Below are positions 39,001 to 46,300 of a stretch of 64,000 bases of DNA, piece after piece; the stretch's first letter is position 1, and every line of letters starts with the position of its first letter. Both the position numbers and the translations under genes were made by a program. The notes under the pieces are model-generated. The model did not search any database and was not told where the DNA came from. It saw only the letters and a list, made by a program, of their open reading frames with translations. The DNA lies in assembly GCA_030141605.1 (NCBI GenBank), contig JAQGDQ010000167.1, positions 1-64,000 on the forward strand, in the 5' to 3' direction. The stretch comes from Tubiluchus corallicola. Its lineage: Eukaryota > Animalia > Priapulida.

Positions 39001-39605
39001 AGTGTGCATTAAAAGTATGTACAGAAGTACGACATTTATTGCATGTATTTAGTTTTAGTCATATGTATTTGTCCATGCTAGATTTTGAGGTTAACACCTT
39101 CCATAGTTGAGTTGCGTATGTGGTCTTGATTGCTGTGCACTAGAGTTTGGTCACCAAGCACTAGTTATGCACTAACATCAAAAACATCTGCGATGTGGTC
39201 GTTGCTTCAACTCTTAAAGGCTGTTTTAATGGAAGAAGTCTTTGACTGACATGATATTAACATCCTACATTCTCACAAATATAAGACCATGGCACCTTTG
39301 GCAATAATACTTTGTTTTAGTTAGACGCTAATCGGAAATGGCTTGCCGGGCTTTGTTACTTTAACTATTGAATGCTTTGTAGCTAATTAATGTGCAAAGA
39401 GAGAGCAATAGAAATAATAGTAATAATTTTTGCACTGTAATAATTGAAAATTTTGCATTTAGATATGGAACTTGTACCTTCCTATTTTATCATAAACTTT
39501 GAGGAAGCAACAGATGGCGATATCACGGTTCACGGTTTCAGCATCGATGCGAACAGTGATGCTATACTGGTATTTCTGGACGTACCATTGAATGTTTCAT
39601 TGAAG
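57..39605 (+). CDS. Multi-exon polycystin-1/REJ-family (PKD1-like) gene, copy 1: cbEGF array, EGF x4, PKD-like, REJ, partial GAIN region; 5' end outside window, 3' truncated at the inversion junction
   Basis: I assembled the GT-AG exons by hand and the intron phases are compatible throughout. Translation shows REJ-type motifs (ISGG...[16 protein letters not shown]; CLKNC...N...LVLQAEC..C...YVW; NERP...CTVMP; TEFSVDC..Y.DED.PLTYEF) and PKD1 GAIN-region motifs (V.GEEP, NPYTW, L.EPIEF.I). Family assignment is motif recognition, not a search. Confidence 0.85.
334..7184 (+). pseudogene. Decayed cbEGF pseudo-exons interspersed in the array (15 of 29 units)
   Basis: 12 units have acceptor AG changed to AA (334, 604, 1143, 2209, 2479, 3025, 3295, 3834, 4904, 5443, 6780, 7050), and 7 of these also carry an in-frame TGA. 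Three units (1677, 4372, 6248) keep AG/GT but have Cys5 to Ser and Cys6 to TGA. Confidence 0.8.
7588..7722 (+). CDS. Last cbEGF exon of the array
   Basis: ctttag|AT...CACTG|gtaagg; [45 protein letters not shown] (within ORF 7572-7871). Confidence 0.9.
8489..8602 (+). CDS. Notch-type EGF exon (114 nt, phase 1-1)
   Basis: cag|AAACAGATGAATGT...GAAACAG|gtacgc; [38 protein letters not shown]. Confidence 0.9.
9237..9368. repeat. Compound microsatellite (TA)n-(TG)n...(CA)n
   Basis: Directly visible; explains the low-complexity ORFs at 9161-9451. Confidence 0.95.
9650..9935 (+). mobile_element. Partial copy of the MITE-like family also at 22428-22812 and about 38290-38615
   Basis: Shares GCAAGATCCTGCTAGTAAAT...CTTAACCTTTGACCT...AACTGTGAAAAGGCTTATTG with the 22.4 kb copy. 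Left boundary is approximate. Confidence 0.65.
10860..11297 (+). mobile_element. 5'-truncated non-LTR retrotransposon fragment (CR1/L2-group ORF2 C-terminus)
   Basis: ORF 10879-11280 contains [34 protein letters not shown]...RLRADLI...RTRNHS...[14 protein letters not shown], typical of the post-RT region of CR1/L2-like LINEs. A short A-run follows. Confidence 0.85.
11318..11431 (+). CDS. Notch-type EGF exon (114 nt, phase 1-1)
   Basis: tttag|AAATTGATGAATGT...GAGACAG|gtaaag; [38 protein letters not shown]. Confidence 0.9.
12053..12176. repeat. Local direct duplication of about 55 bp
   Basis: AAACTGTTAGCTAGGTAAGTAAGATATATAGGTGGTTTCAGGCAAGTAGAAATTT occurs twice, 68 bp apart. Confidence 0.85.
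13515..13634 (+). CDS. Notch-type EGF exon (120 nt, phase 1-1)
   Basis: tttag|AAATCAATGAATGC...CAAGTAG|gtaggt; [40 protein letters not shown]. Confidence 0.88.
13897..14446. mobile_element. Dispersed repeat ending in CCTTTAA; diverged homologue in opposite orientation at about 30259-30842 (mirror about 52764-53347)
   Basis: Colinear similarity, e.g. GTGAAAGAATTGTTA...CTGTTACATGCATTT...GTGCTGTACCTCT...AAAATCATC..GTCTTCCTTTAA. The TTAA terminus suggests a non-autonomous DNA transposon (Kolobok-like, inferred). Confidence 0.65.
15314..15427 (+). CDS. Notch-type EGF exon (114 nt, phase 1-1)
   Basis: tttag|CCATTGATGTTTGT...GAAACAG|gtaatc; [38 protein letters not shown]. Confidence 0.9.
16358..17061 (+). 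CDS. Large exon: PKD-like domain plus start of REJ region (phase 1-0)
   Basis: ttcag|AGAAGGTG...GACCAG|gtatgg. Contains FSWSMGD and [13 protein letters not shown], which resemble the PKD-domain WDFGD and HTYxxPGxYxV motifs. Confidence 0.88.
17089..17640. mobile_element. TTAA-bounded dispersed repeat; related copies at about 21100-21415 and 25787-26290 plus mirrors
   Basis: Begins TTAAAGGAAAG and ends CCTTTCTTTAA. The core GAGTGC.CCCAAGC.TGAAGTGATCGC.A.TTTAAA is shared among copies. Confidence 0.6.
17866..18062 (+). CDS. REJ exon (phase 0-2)
   Basis: ccag|GGCTGG...TTTTC|gtaag; [39 protein letters not shown]... Confidence 0.88.
18672..20030. repeat. 37-bp intronic minisatellite (mirror at about 63548-64000)
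   Basis: Unit AATAAGATATGTTCTTCAACAATGTCCAGGATTGTCT in head-to-tail copies with no spacers. Confidence 0.95.
20497..20597 (+). CDS. REJ exon (phase 2-1)
   Basis: tttag|GTATACGTGG...TTTACAG|gtatgt; [33 protein letters not shown]. Confidence 0.85.
21834..21981 (+). CDS. REJ exon (phase 1-2)
   Basis: ttcag|AGGCGTCT...AAAATAAG|gtaaca; [50 protein letters not shown]. Confidence 0.85.
22428..22812. mobile_element. MITE-like element with terminal inverted repeats (mirror about 60758-61142)
   Basis: CAATTAGCCTTTTCACAGTTTC ... GAAACTGTGAAAAGGCTTATTG; further copies at 9.7 kb and 38.4 kb. Confidence 0.75.
22959..23188 (+). CDS. REJ exon (phase 2-1)
   Basis: tttag|GTGCTTAAAG...GCGAAAG|gtaata; [35 protein letters not shown]...[13 protein letters not shown]. 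Confidence 0.88.
24424..24519 (+). CDS. REJ exon (phase 1-1)
   Basis: tttag|GTCATCTG...GTTAAAG|gtaagt; [32 protein letters not shown]. Confidence 0.88.
24734..24841 (+). CDS. REJ exon (phase 1-1)
   Basis: taag|GCATTGCT...AAACATG|gtatgt; [36 protein letters not shown]. Confidence 0.88.
25319..25783. mobile_element. Degenerate pogo/Tigger-like MITE remnant
   Basis: Right end ...GTCGAAAACAGTGGTACTACTGTA resembles pogo-type termini. The left end ATACCTCCGTTGTCAAACG is only a weak inverted match. Confidence 0.4.
26416..26561 (+). CDS. REJ exon (phase 1-0)
   Basis: ttcag|AGACATTA...GTCACG|gtaaac; [49 protein letters not shown]. Confidence 0.87.
26950..27054. repeat. (CAT)n microsatellite; 36 bp shorter in the mirror copy (about 56552-56620)
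   Basis: Directly visible; the arm offset changes from 83570 to 83606 across it. Confidence 0.95.
27542..27692 (+). CDS. Exon after REJ core (phase 0-1)
   Basis: ttgcag|GTGTACCCG...ATACAAA|gtacat; [50 protein letters not shown]. Phases fit both neighbouring exons; the donor is weak. Confidence 0.75.
27685..28030. repeat. About 3 copies of a 118-130 bp tandem repeat with (GAC)n-like inserts
   Basis: ACATAAGTGATTTTGTG.TGATTAAGAGTTGTTG.TA.CTTACAATGTCCGAATCT recurs at about 27695, 27825 and 27943. Confidence 0.85.
28334..28954. mobile_element. Tc1/pogo-type MITE with TA target duplication (mirror about 54652-55272)
   Basis: ta|CCGTATATACTCATGTACAAGTC ... GACTTGTACACACGTATATACGG|ta terminal inverted repeats, with internal GTCGACTTGTACAC repeats. 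Confidence 0.8.
29755..29903 (+). CDS. Exon, helical GAIN-A-like region (phase 1-0)
   Basis: tttag|GTATTGCA...GCTCAG|gtaaca; [19 protein letters not shown]...[15 protein letters not shown]. Confidence 0.82.
30998..31123 (+). CDS. Exon (phase 0-0)
   Basis: acag|GTAAGAGCA...ACTAAG|gtttgt; [42 protein letters not shown]. Confidence 0.82.
32619..32716 (+). CDS. Exon (phase 0-2)
   Basis: atag|ATGGTTGCC...TCATCTAG|gtattt; [33 protein letters not shown]. Confidence 0.8.
33017..34100. mobile_element. hAT-type non-autonomous element with 8-bp target site duplication
   Basis: TIRs TAGGGATGTT...AACATCCCTA flanked by CCAGCAAC and CCAGCAGC (1 mismatch); subterminal ATCGTATC repeats. Confidence 0.78.
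34667..34811 (+). CDS. Exon (phase 2-0)
   Basis: atag|GTCTATC...GCACAG|gtgtgt; [48 protein letters not shown]. Confidence 0.82.
35920..36105 (-). mobile_element. Probable degenerate tRNA-derived SINE head
   Basis: Minus strand reads GTAGCTCAATGGTACCATGCTCACTTCCCATCCAGGAGGTCGCAGATTGAAC (A-box and B-box-like), then ATACCAAAGACTTAAAAAATGGTA. Not an intact tRNA. Confidence 0.55.
36305..36455 (+). CDS. GAIN-region exon (phase 0-1)
   Basis: ctag|GCAAAAGAT...TTAGGAG|gtagtc; [50 protein letters not shown]. Confidence 0.85.
37792..37889 (+). CDS. GAIN-region exon (phase 1-0)
   Basis: ttag|GATCAAAA...ATTGAG|gtgggt; [33 protein letters not shown]. Confidence 0.85.
38723..38879 (+). CDS. GAIN-region exon (phase 0-1)
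   Basis: gcag|ATGCTTTAC...ATACCAG|gtatga; [52 protein letters not shown]. Confidence 0.87.
39463..39605 (+). CDS. Last identifiable exon of the + copy (phase 1-0)
   Basis: tttag|ATATGGAA...TTGAAG|gtaatg; [48 protein letters not shown]. Confidence 0.85.
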
Positions 39606-40226
39606 GTAATGAGTGTGTAGCAATGGCCAGGTTACATGTTGCTTGCAAACAGTTTATAAAATGCAACAGTTCTAGGCCGTACAAGTAGCTTCAGCCGACG
39701 AAGTCCGCGAAGGGCGAACGCTTCTGAAAAAATAAAAGTTTTTTGAGATTTAATAGGCACTTTCTTTTCTTTATGATTATAACCATGGAGGTCTCAGAAG
39801 AGCTCTATCTAATTTTCAAGCAATTGCAACAACCTTGCAATATGGCAGTTTCATGGTTACCGGTTTGGGAAATATTCAACTCTCATTATTCCTACGGTGT
39901 TAATACTTAGGCATGCGATTGCAAATAGTGCAATTACAAGTTTCATTGTTGTGCCTGATTAACTTGCTGACCATTGAGAAATTTCACTTTTTACACAATA
40001 TTCGTCAGTTTTGTTACAATGAGTATTTGCAGGTAAAACAGCCAACAAATCTATTAAGAGGGGTTCTTAAGCTTTGCAATGATCACATTTTTGTGTCGAG
40101 ATCATTTTTGGGTTTTGTGTGCATTCGGTAAATTTATTGATTGTTTTGTGCTGTTTTGTTCAGCAAATGAAGCATTTTTCATGGGGCATCGGTAGATTTT
40201 TCTCAAGTAGTTAAGTTATTTTCCTA

Positions 40227-40453
40227 CCTTAACCCTAATACTAATCTTCACACTAATCATAGCCAATAACCTTAACCCTAATACTAACCTTCACACTAAT
40301 CATAATCAATAACCCTTTCCCTAATACTAATCTTCACACTAATCATAACCAATAACCTTAACCCTAATACTAATCTTCACACTAATCATAGCCAATAACC
40401 TTAACCCTAATACTAACCTTCACACTAATTATAACCAATAACCTTAACCCTAA
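40227..40453. repeat. 43-bp minisatellite (about 5.3 copies) with telomere-like CCTTAACCCTAA, at the arm/spacer junction
   Basis: Unit CCTTAACCCTAATACTAATCTTCACACTAATCATAGCCAATAA starts at 40227, 40270, 40313, 40356, 40399 and 40442. Confidence 0.92.
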
Positions 40454-43374
40454 CTTTAGCCAAAATTAATTATGATTTTTCCGCTGACTTTATTAACGGT
40501 CATTGAGAAGACCAGCCTATAGTTTGCTGACACACAATCACAACAACCTTTACCCTCCTCCAAAAGACCTAAGGCTTATTAATGATAGATGTGGGGATAA
40601 TATAATTAGTAAAAGACAGGTAATTATGTAAACCTTACCTGTTATTTCTGCTACGTCTTGTTTTACTGGCACGTCTGTTGTTTCACTTGAAATGTTCTTT
40701 GCCAACCACTTCTTAGTATGACTGCAGGCGCACAAAGCATCGCTGCTTTCTGTAAGTTTTCTGCACGAGTCTGAGACGGCTGAGTTGCAAAAACCAAATA
40801 TTTTCTCACAAGTTGAAGTGCAATCTAACAAAATGGCGGAATCACAAGATGGCTGACATCGGTAACAACTCTGGTTACACTTCGAAATATTTCTGTTGCA
40901 ATATACAGAAAACTTGCTGCTGCATTTTAAAAAAGAATTTTTACAATGCATTCGATGGTCTTCGCTGATTAAAGTTTCCCGGCAAACGGGATTGATTTTC
41001 TGAACACAAGCTGATACACTCTCACAGGTGCTGTTTGCGACAGCTGTGCAGTTCTTCTGCTGGTTCTGACAAAACAATTCACACCGCATAGAATTAATCT
41101 TGCTGGTACCGTAACAGTCTTTCTTACATTTCAGGAAATATGTCTCACAGTTTGCCTTTGACATATCGTGGCAGTTTTCCTGCTTTTGACGGCAACCAGT
41201 TGAGATATTTTTACAATGTTTAACCCAATGTGCATAGCAGATTTGCTGCTGCATGCACAAATCTACATTACAAGACTTATTTTTTTCCATTTCGCACCAC
41301 TGCCGATCTTTTCTGCCCACACACATCGATGTAACGTTTGCTCTGCACAACTCAGCTTCCCGTTGGCATAACAACGATGACCTGTAGCACGAAGGACTTA
41401 CATAAGCATCAAATAAAATGGCAACATAATATTCGACTGTACTGTTTTCATCATTATGCATATGAATAACATCGTTTGTTTGGTTAGGAGCAAAAGTGTC
41501 GTCAGTAGCATCCACAATGTAGAATACGTTGTCGACATCAGCGAAATCATCCAGAACAGGCTTTTCTTCTTTTTTGACAACAACCTAAAAACAACGATGC
41601 AGTTCAGTTAAAGAATATGGGATAATTAGGAATCAGTTCCTAATATATTCATAAACTGCTCATAAAAATTTTATAACAAACAAGTGAAAAGACATGACAA
41701 TTCAGTCCATCATTCTAAGTTATCTTTGGGTGAAAGATCACTAAATACCAGTGATGGTGGTAGTGATAGGTGTTTAATAAATTAAGGGATTTAATCCAAA
41801 TTATATACAAGATAATCTGATATAATTGATACAATCGAAATTAATTGAAAGCAAAATATAATGGCTAACTGAGGCAGTAGCTTAGTAAAAATAAACAGAA
41901 TCTTTGCTTTCTTTTTCCCTTCGTTTTTCTCACCTTACACAATGCACACAATTGTAAGCCACAGTGTTGCAAACTGAGGTCTTCAAATTTCTCAACACGT
42001 GACATAATTATTAGTGATCAGCAATCTTTACCAGAATGCGAATCTGAATCCAATTGAATTTGTGACTTTCAAATTTGAATCGAACTGAATTTTGAAAGAT
42101 TTTCAAACAAGTTTTCAAACCACTAGTAAAACGTGCCCTTACAAAGATCATGCATAGCACTTGATTTTGTTCTGCAGTAAAACCACTATTAGTTTATTAA
42201 AAATTATGCACAGAAATTACAGCTAAATTGTGCTAATTGCATGCTGTTTCAAACACTTTAATGATAAAGAATGTATGTTGCTGAAGTGCTGAATTATTCA
42301 AATCAATAATTCTAGGTTCGATTCGAATTCAGACTAAAAAAAAATCGTTCAAATTCGATGCTCACCCCTAACAGTCATGGAGTAGTTAATGAAAAAGCAC
42401 GTCGACTACAAAAAAACAGTTTATGAGTACGACAACGACGAAAGCCGTGAAGAAGTTTATAAGTTATATTTCACTGCAATCACTGAAAAATATGGCTAAA
42501 ACACTAAAAAAATCATGGCAGAAGATTAATCGTCATATCGAATTACAAAAACAGCTTATCATAGAATTACAAAATTCCAAAATCGCTCATCACTAGAAGG
42601 TGGGACATCGGTCACACTTTAACAGTTGATTAAACAAATACGACACCATTTCGATAATTGATTGCAAATGTTTTCTGCTATTTTATGACAAAGCAGGCGA
42701 GCATGAAAGCTTTGTGTTCATGCTTATGAGAAATCTTCGCATCTAAGCGACAACATCAGTGAGCTTAATTACTGCATGATGATATAGTGCCATAATACTT
42801 AATTTAAGATAAGGCCAGCTATATGGCATGAGATTTTTATGAAATTTCTGAAGAATCAGCTGAAAATGGTATTGGTAAATCGATGATCAGAAGCCTAAAT
42901 CGAGTATAATCAATTAATAGGTCCCACGACTATTAAGTACTATTTTTTGTTTTAACAATTATAACTCACTTGCTCATTTAGCTGACACTACAGCACAGAA
43001 AAAACACGAGCACAACTGGCACAAAATGTTAACAGAATGCAACTGCAAGTAGTGCTATTACACACTTGCAGTGTTTCTTTAACTCGCCGCAAGATGGCAG
43101 ATAAAAAATTGCTCAGTCACCATAGCAATGCCAACTTCAGCCATGTCCATTCCGGCAGTGTGATGTTAGAAGCTACAGCACGACAATGAACATAGCAGCT
43201 GCGTGTCACAAACACTATGGCAACGTATGTTCCAGCTAAGTTGTAGCTTGTTACTGCATGAAATTTTTTTTATAAATATCATTAGCACACAAAAAGTTTA
43301 TGCCCAGCATTTACATAAATAACATATTCCAGTTGGGATATTTCATTAGCTATTTGAAGATGTCGGCTGTTTTT
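40234..43374. other. Unique 3141-bp spacer of the inverted duplication
   Basis: Arm identity stops after ...TTCCTACCTTAAC on both sides (40233 and 43375). Confidence 0.93.
40639..41584 (-). CDS. 946-nt Cys-rich exon continuing the minus-strand gene copy (phase 0-1)
   Basis: Minus strand: tttttag|GTTGTTGTCAAAAAAGAA...GAAATAACAG|gtaagg. In frame with ORF 40550-41515 and with the phase-0 donor of exon 44003-44145 (VSLK|VVVKKEEKPVLDDF...YYVAILFD then 33 Cys). Confidence 0.85.
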
Positions 43375-46300
43375 GTTAAGGTAGGAAAATAACTTAACTA
43401 CTTGAGAAAAATCTACCGATGCCCCATGAAAAATGCTTCATTTGCTGAACAAAACAGCACAAAACAATCAATAAATTTACCGAATGCACACAAAACCCAA
43501 AAATGATCTCGACACAAAAATGTGATCATTGCAAAGCTTAAGAACCCCTCTTAATAGATTTGTTGGCTGTTTTACCTGCAAATACTCATTGTAACAAAAC
43601 TGACGAATATTGTGTAAAAAGTGAAATTTCTCAATGGTCAGCAAGTTAATCAGGCACAACAATGAAACTTGTAATTGCACTATTTGCAATCGCATGCCTA
43701 AGTATTAACACCGTAGGAATAATGAGAGTTGAATATTTCCCAAACCGGTAACCATGAAACTGCCATATTGCAAGGTTGTTGCAATTGCTTGAAAATTAGA
43801 TAGAGCTCTTCTGAGACCTCCATGGTTATAATCATAAAGAAAAGAAAGTGCCTATTAAATCTCAAAAAACTTTTATTTTTTCAGAAGCGTTCGCCCTTCG
43901 CGGACTTCGTCGGCTGAAGCTACTTGTACGGCCTAGAACTGTTGCATTTTATAAACTGTTTGCAAGCAACATGTAACCTGGCCATTGCTACACACTCATT
44001 ACCTTCAATGAAACATTCAATGGTACGTCCAGAAATACCAGTATAGCATCACTGTTCGCATCGATGCTGAAACCGTGAACCGTGATATCGCCATCTGTTG
44101 CTTCCTCAAAGTTTATGATAAAATAGGAAGGTACAAGTTCCATATCTAAATGCAAAATTTTCAATTATTACAGTGCAAAAATTATTACTATTATTTCTAT
44201 TGCTCTCTCTTTGCACATTAATTAGCTACAAAGCATTCAATAGTTAAAGTAACAAAGCCCGGCAAGCCATTTCCGATTAGCGTCTAACTAAAACAAAGTA
44301 TTATTGCCAAAGGTGCCATGGTCTTATATTTGTGAGAATGTAGGATGTTAATATCATGTCAGTCAAAGACTTCTTCCATTAAAACAGCCTTTAAGAGTTG
44401 AAGCAACGACCACATCGCAGATGTTTTTGATGTTAGTGCATAACTAGTGCTTGGTGACCAAACTCTAGTGCACAGCAATCAAGACCACATACGCAACTCA
44501 ACTATGGAAGGTGTTAACCTCAAAATCTAGCATGGACAAATACATATGACTAAAACTAAATACATGCAATAAATGTCGTACTTCTGTACATACTTTTAAT
44601 GCACACTAATCTTATTAGATTAATAATAAACGTACACCGGTTTACTTTCTACAAAAATTCGTGAATAGATAGGTTTTAAAAAAAGCACCTACCACTCTTC
44701 TACGGCACACAAAAGCAAGACGTCATACCTGGTATATCAATAAAAAACTCGATTGGTTCAGAAAGTGATACAGCTTCAAGCGTGGTTACATTTTCATCAT
44801 CATCAAGAACAATGCTAGCTACAGGTGTGTTAACGAGAGCAGCAGATTCATCCCAGGTGTACGGATTATCTCTCATGTAAAGCATCTGCTTTCAGAGAAA
44901 AGCATGTCATCAGTTAATACTGCCACACTGTACACATCATCCTTCATAATGGTTTTTATACCAACTGTGCAACATTCTTTAGGAAGTTAAGGTAATAAGC
45001 CTTTTTCACAGCTCCAGTGATTGATGCTGATCGTGAAAAGGTCGGAGGTTAAGTGTACCAGGCAACACATTTGTGTACTCTTGACAACATCTCACAGCCC
45101 TTGCTGTTGTAATAGTAACAGTTTTAACAGCTAGCTAGAACATTACCTAGTTCATTTTTTCTTATCCCCAAGCAAGATCCTGCTAGTAAATCATTCTCTG
45201 TACAGACTAATGCATAATTAAGTAAGTACATGTAAAACTACTGAAGTTACTAAACTGTTGCGGCAGACGGTTTTGCTTTACACACATAATGTGACGGTTG
45301 TAGTTAACTCAGTTCAATTCAATACCAGGGTTGTACTACTTAATTTCTTTAAAAAAATCATGTACACTCTTATCTCTGTTTGCTCGACCTCGCTTTTAAG
45401 GGTATAGAAAGAATGGACAAAATCCACATACTACTGACACAGTCCGCTGTTTTGGGAGCTGACCGCTAGCTGGCGGGTCGTCACTTTGTTTAGATTATTA
45501 CATCAGCGTAACCACGTGCATATCTCTTTTATATAAAATATTGCAGAGCTATTTTATATAAGTAGTATCAGTAAATACGGACAATTGGCAAATTCGGACT
45601 GATGTCTTTCCACTTTTGTCCAGCAAACCAAGATATGAGTGTACATGCAAAAGAAAATAAACACAGACAGACGTACAGACCTAGGATCAACATGGCTTTA
45701 TTTCACATCGATACCCACCTCAATGTCAAGCACTTTATCATCCGCCACTCTATCTACAAGGGCTTCTGAGGAAGGAAGTACAAAGTGACCAATATCTCCC
45801 ATGTCTAATTTTGATCCTAAGCAAAAAAGAATTCATTCTACTAACTAAAAATCAATAATGCAACAAGATACAATACGTCTATGGAGAGATAGCAAATATG
45901 TATCAGTACAAAGATATAGCTGAAGCTTTCAACTACAATTACAATCACAATTAATATTGGTGCAGTTCTTGGATAACCTGTCATTTTTACAATGAAACTC
46001 TACTATGTAAAACGATTATATCAAAAAAACAAATGAAAAGAAATGCAAGGATCTCCAAGTTTCTAAAAATTCATTATACAAATGTTTGTTGCAAAATCTT
46101 TCACACAATTGTAAATAAACATTAACTCAAGACAAGTAAGCTAAATGTCAGTACATTCTAAACATGCAAAACAACAAAGAACTGAAAATAAAAGTTGCAG
46201 AAATTATGTGTATTTTGTTGTAAGGCAACCTAGAAGATAGATCCTATTGCCATTCTATAACATGCTGCAAACATTTGCCTTTACATTAAAATAAAATTCA

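Larger units (their letters stand above)
19577..40233 (+). repeat. Left arm of giant inverted duplication (at least 20.6 kb; may extend further left since its partner leaves the window)
   Basis: Reverse complement of 43375-64000. Mirrored ORF coordinates sum to 83570-83608 along the arm. Confidence 0.97.

Noticed and set aside
40227-40453. True telomere or chromosome-end fusion
   Set aside because: Only about two CCCTAA-like hexamers per 43-bp unit and no pure (TTAGGG)n tract; it is a minisatellite.
41930-42060. Possible extra minus-strand exon in the spacer (GTGAGA donor-like site)
   Set aside because: No convincing acceptor or coding motif, and the flanking exons already join in phase without it.
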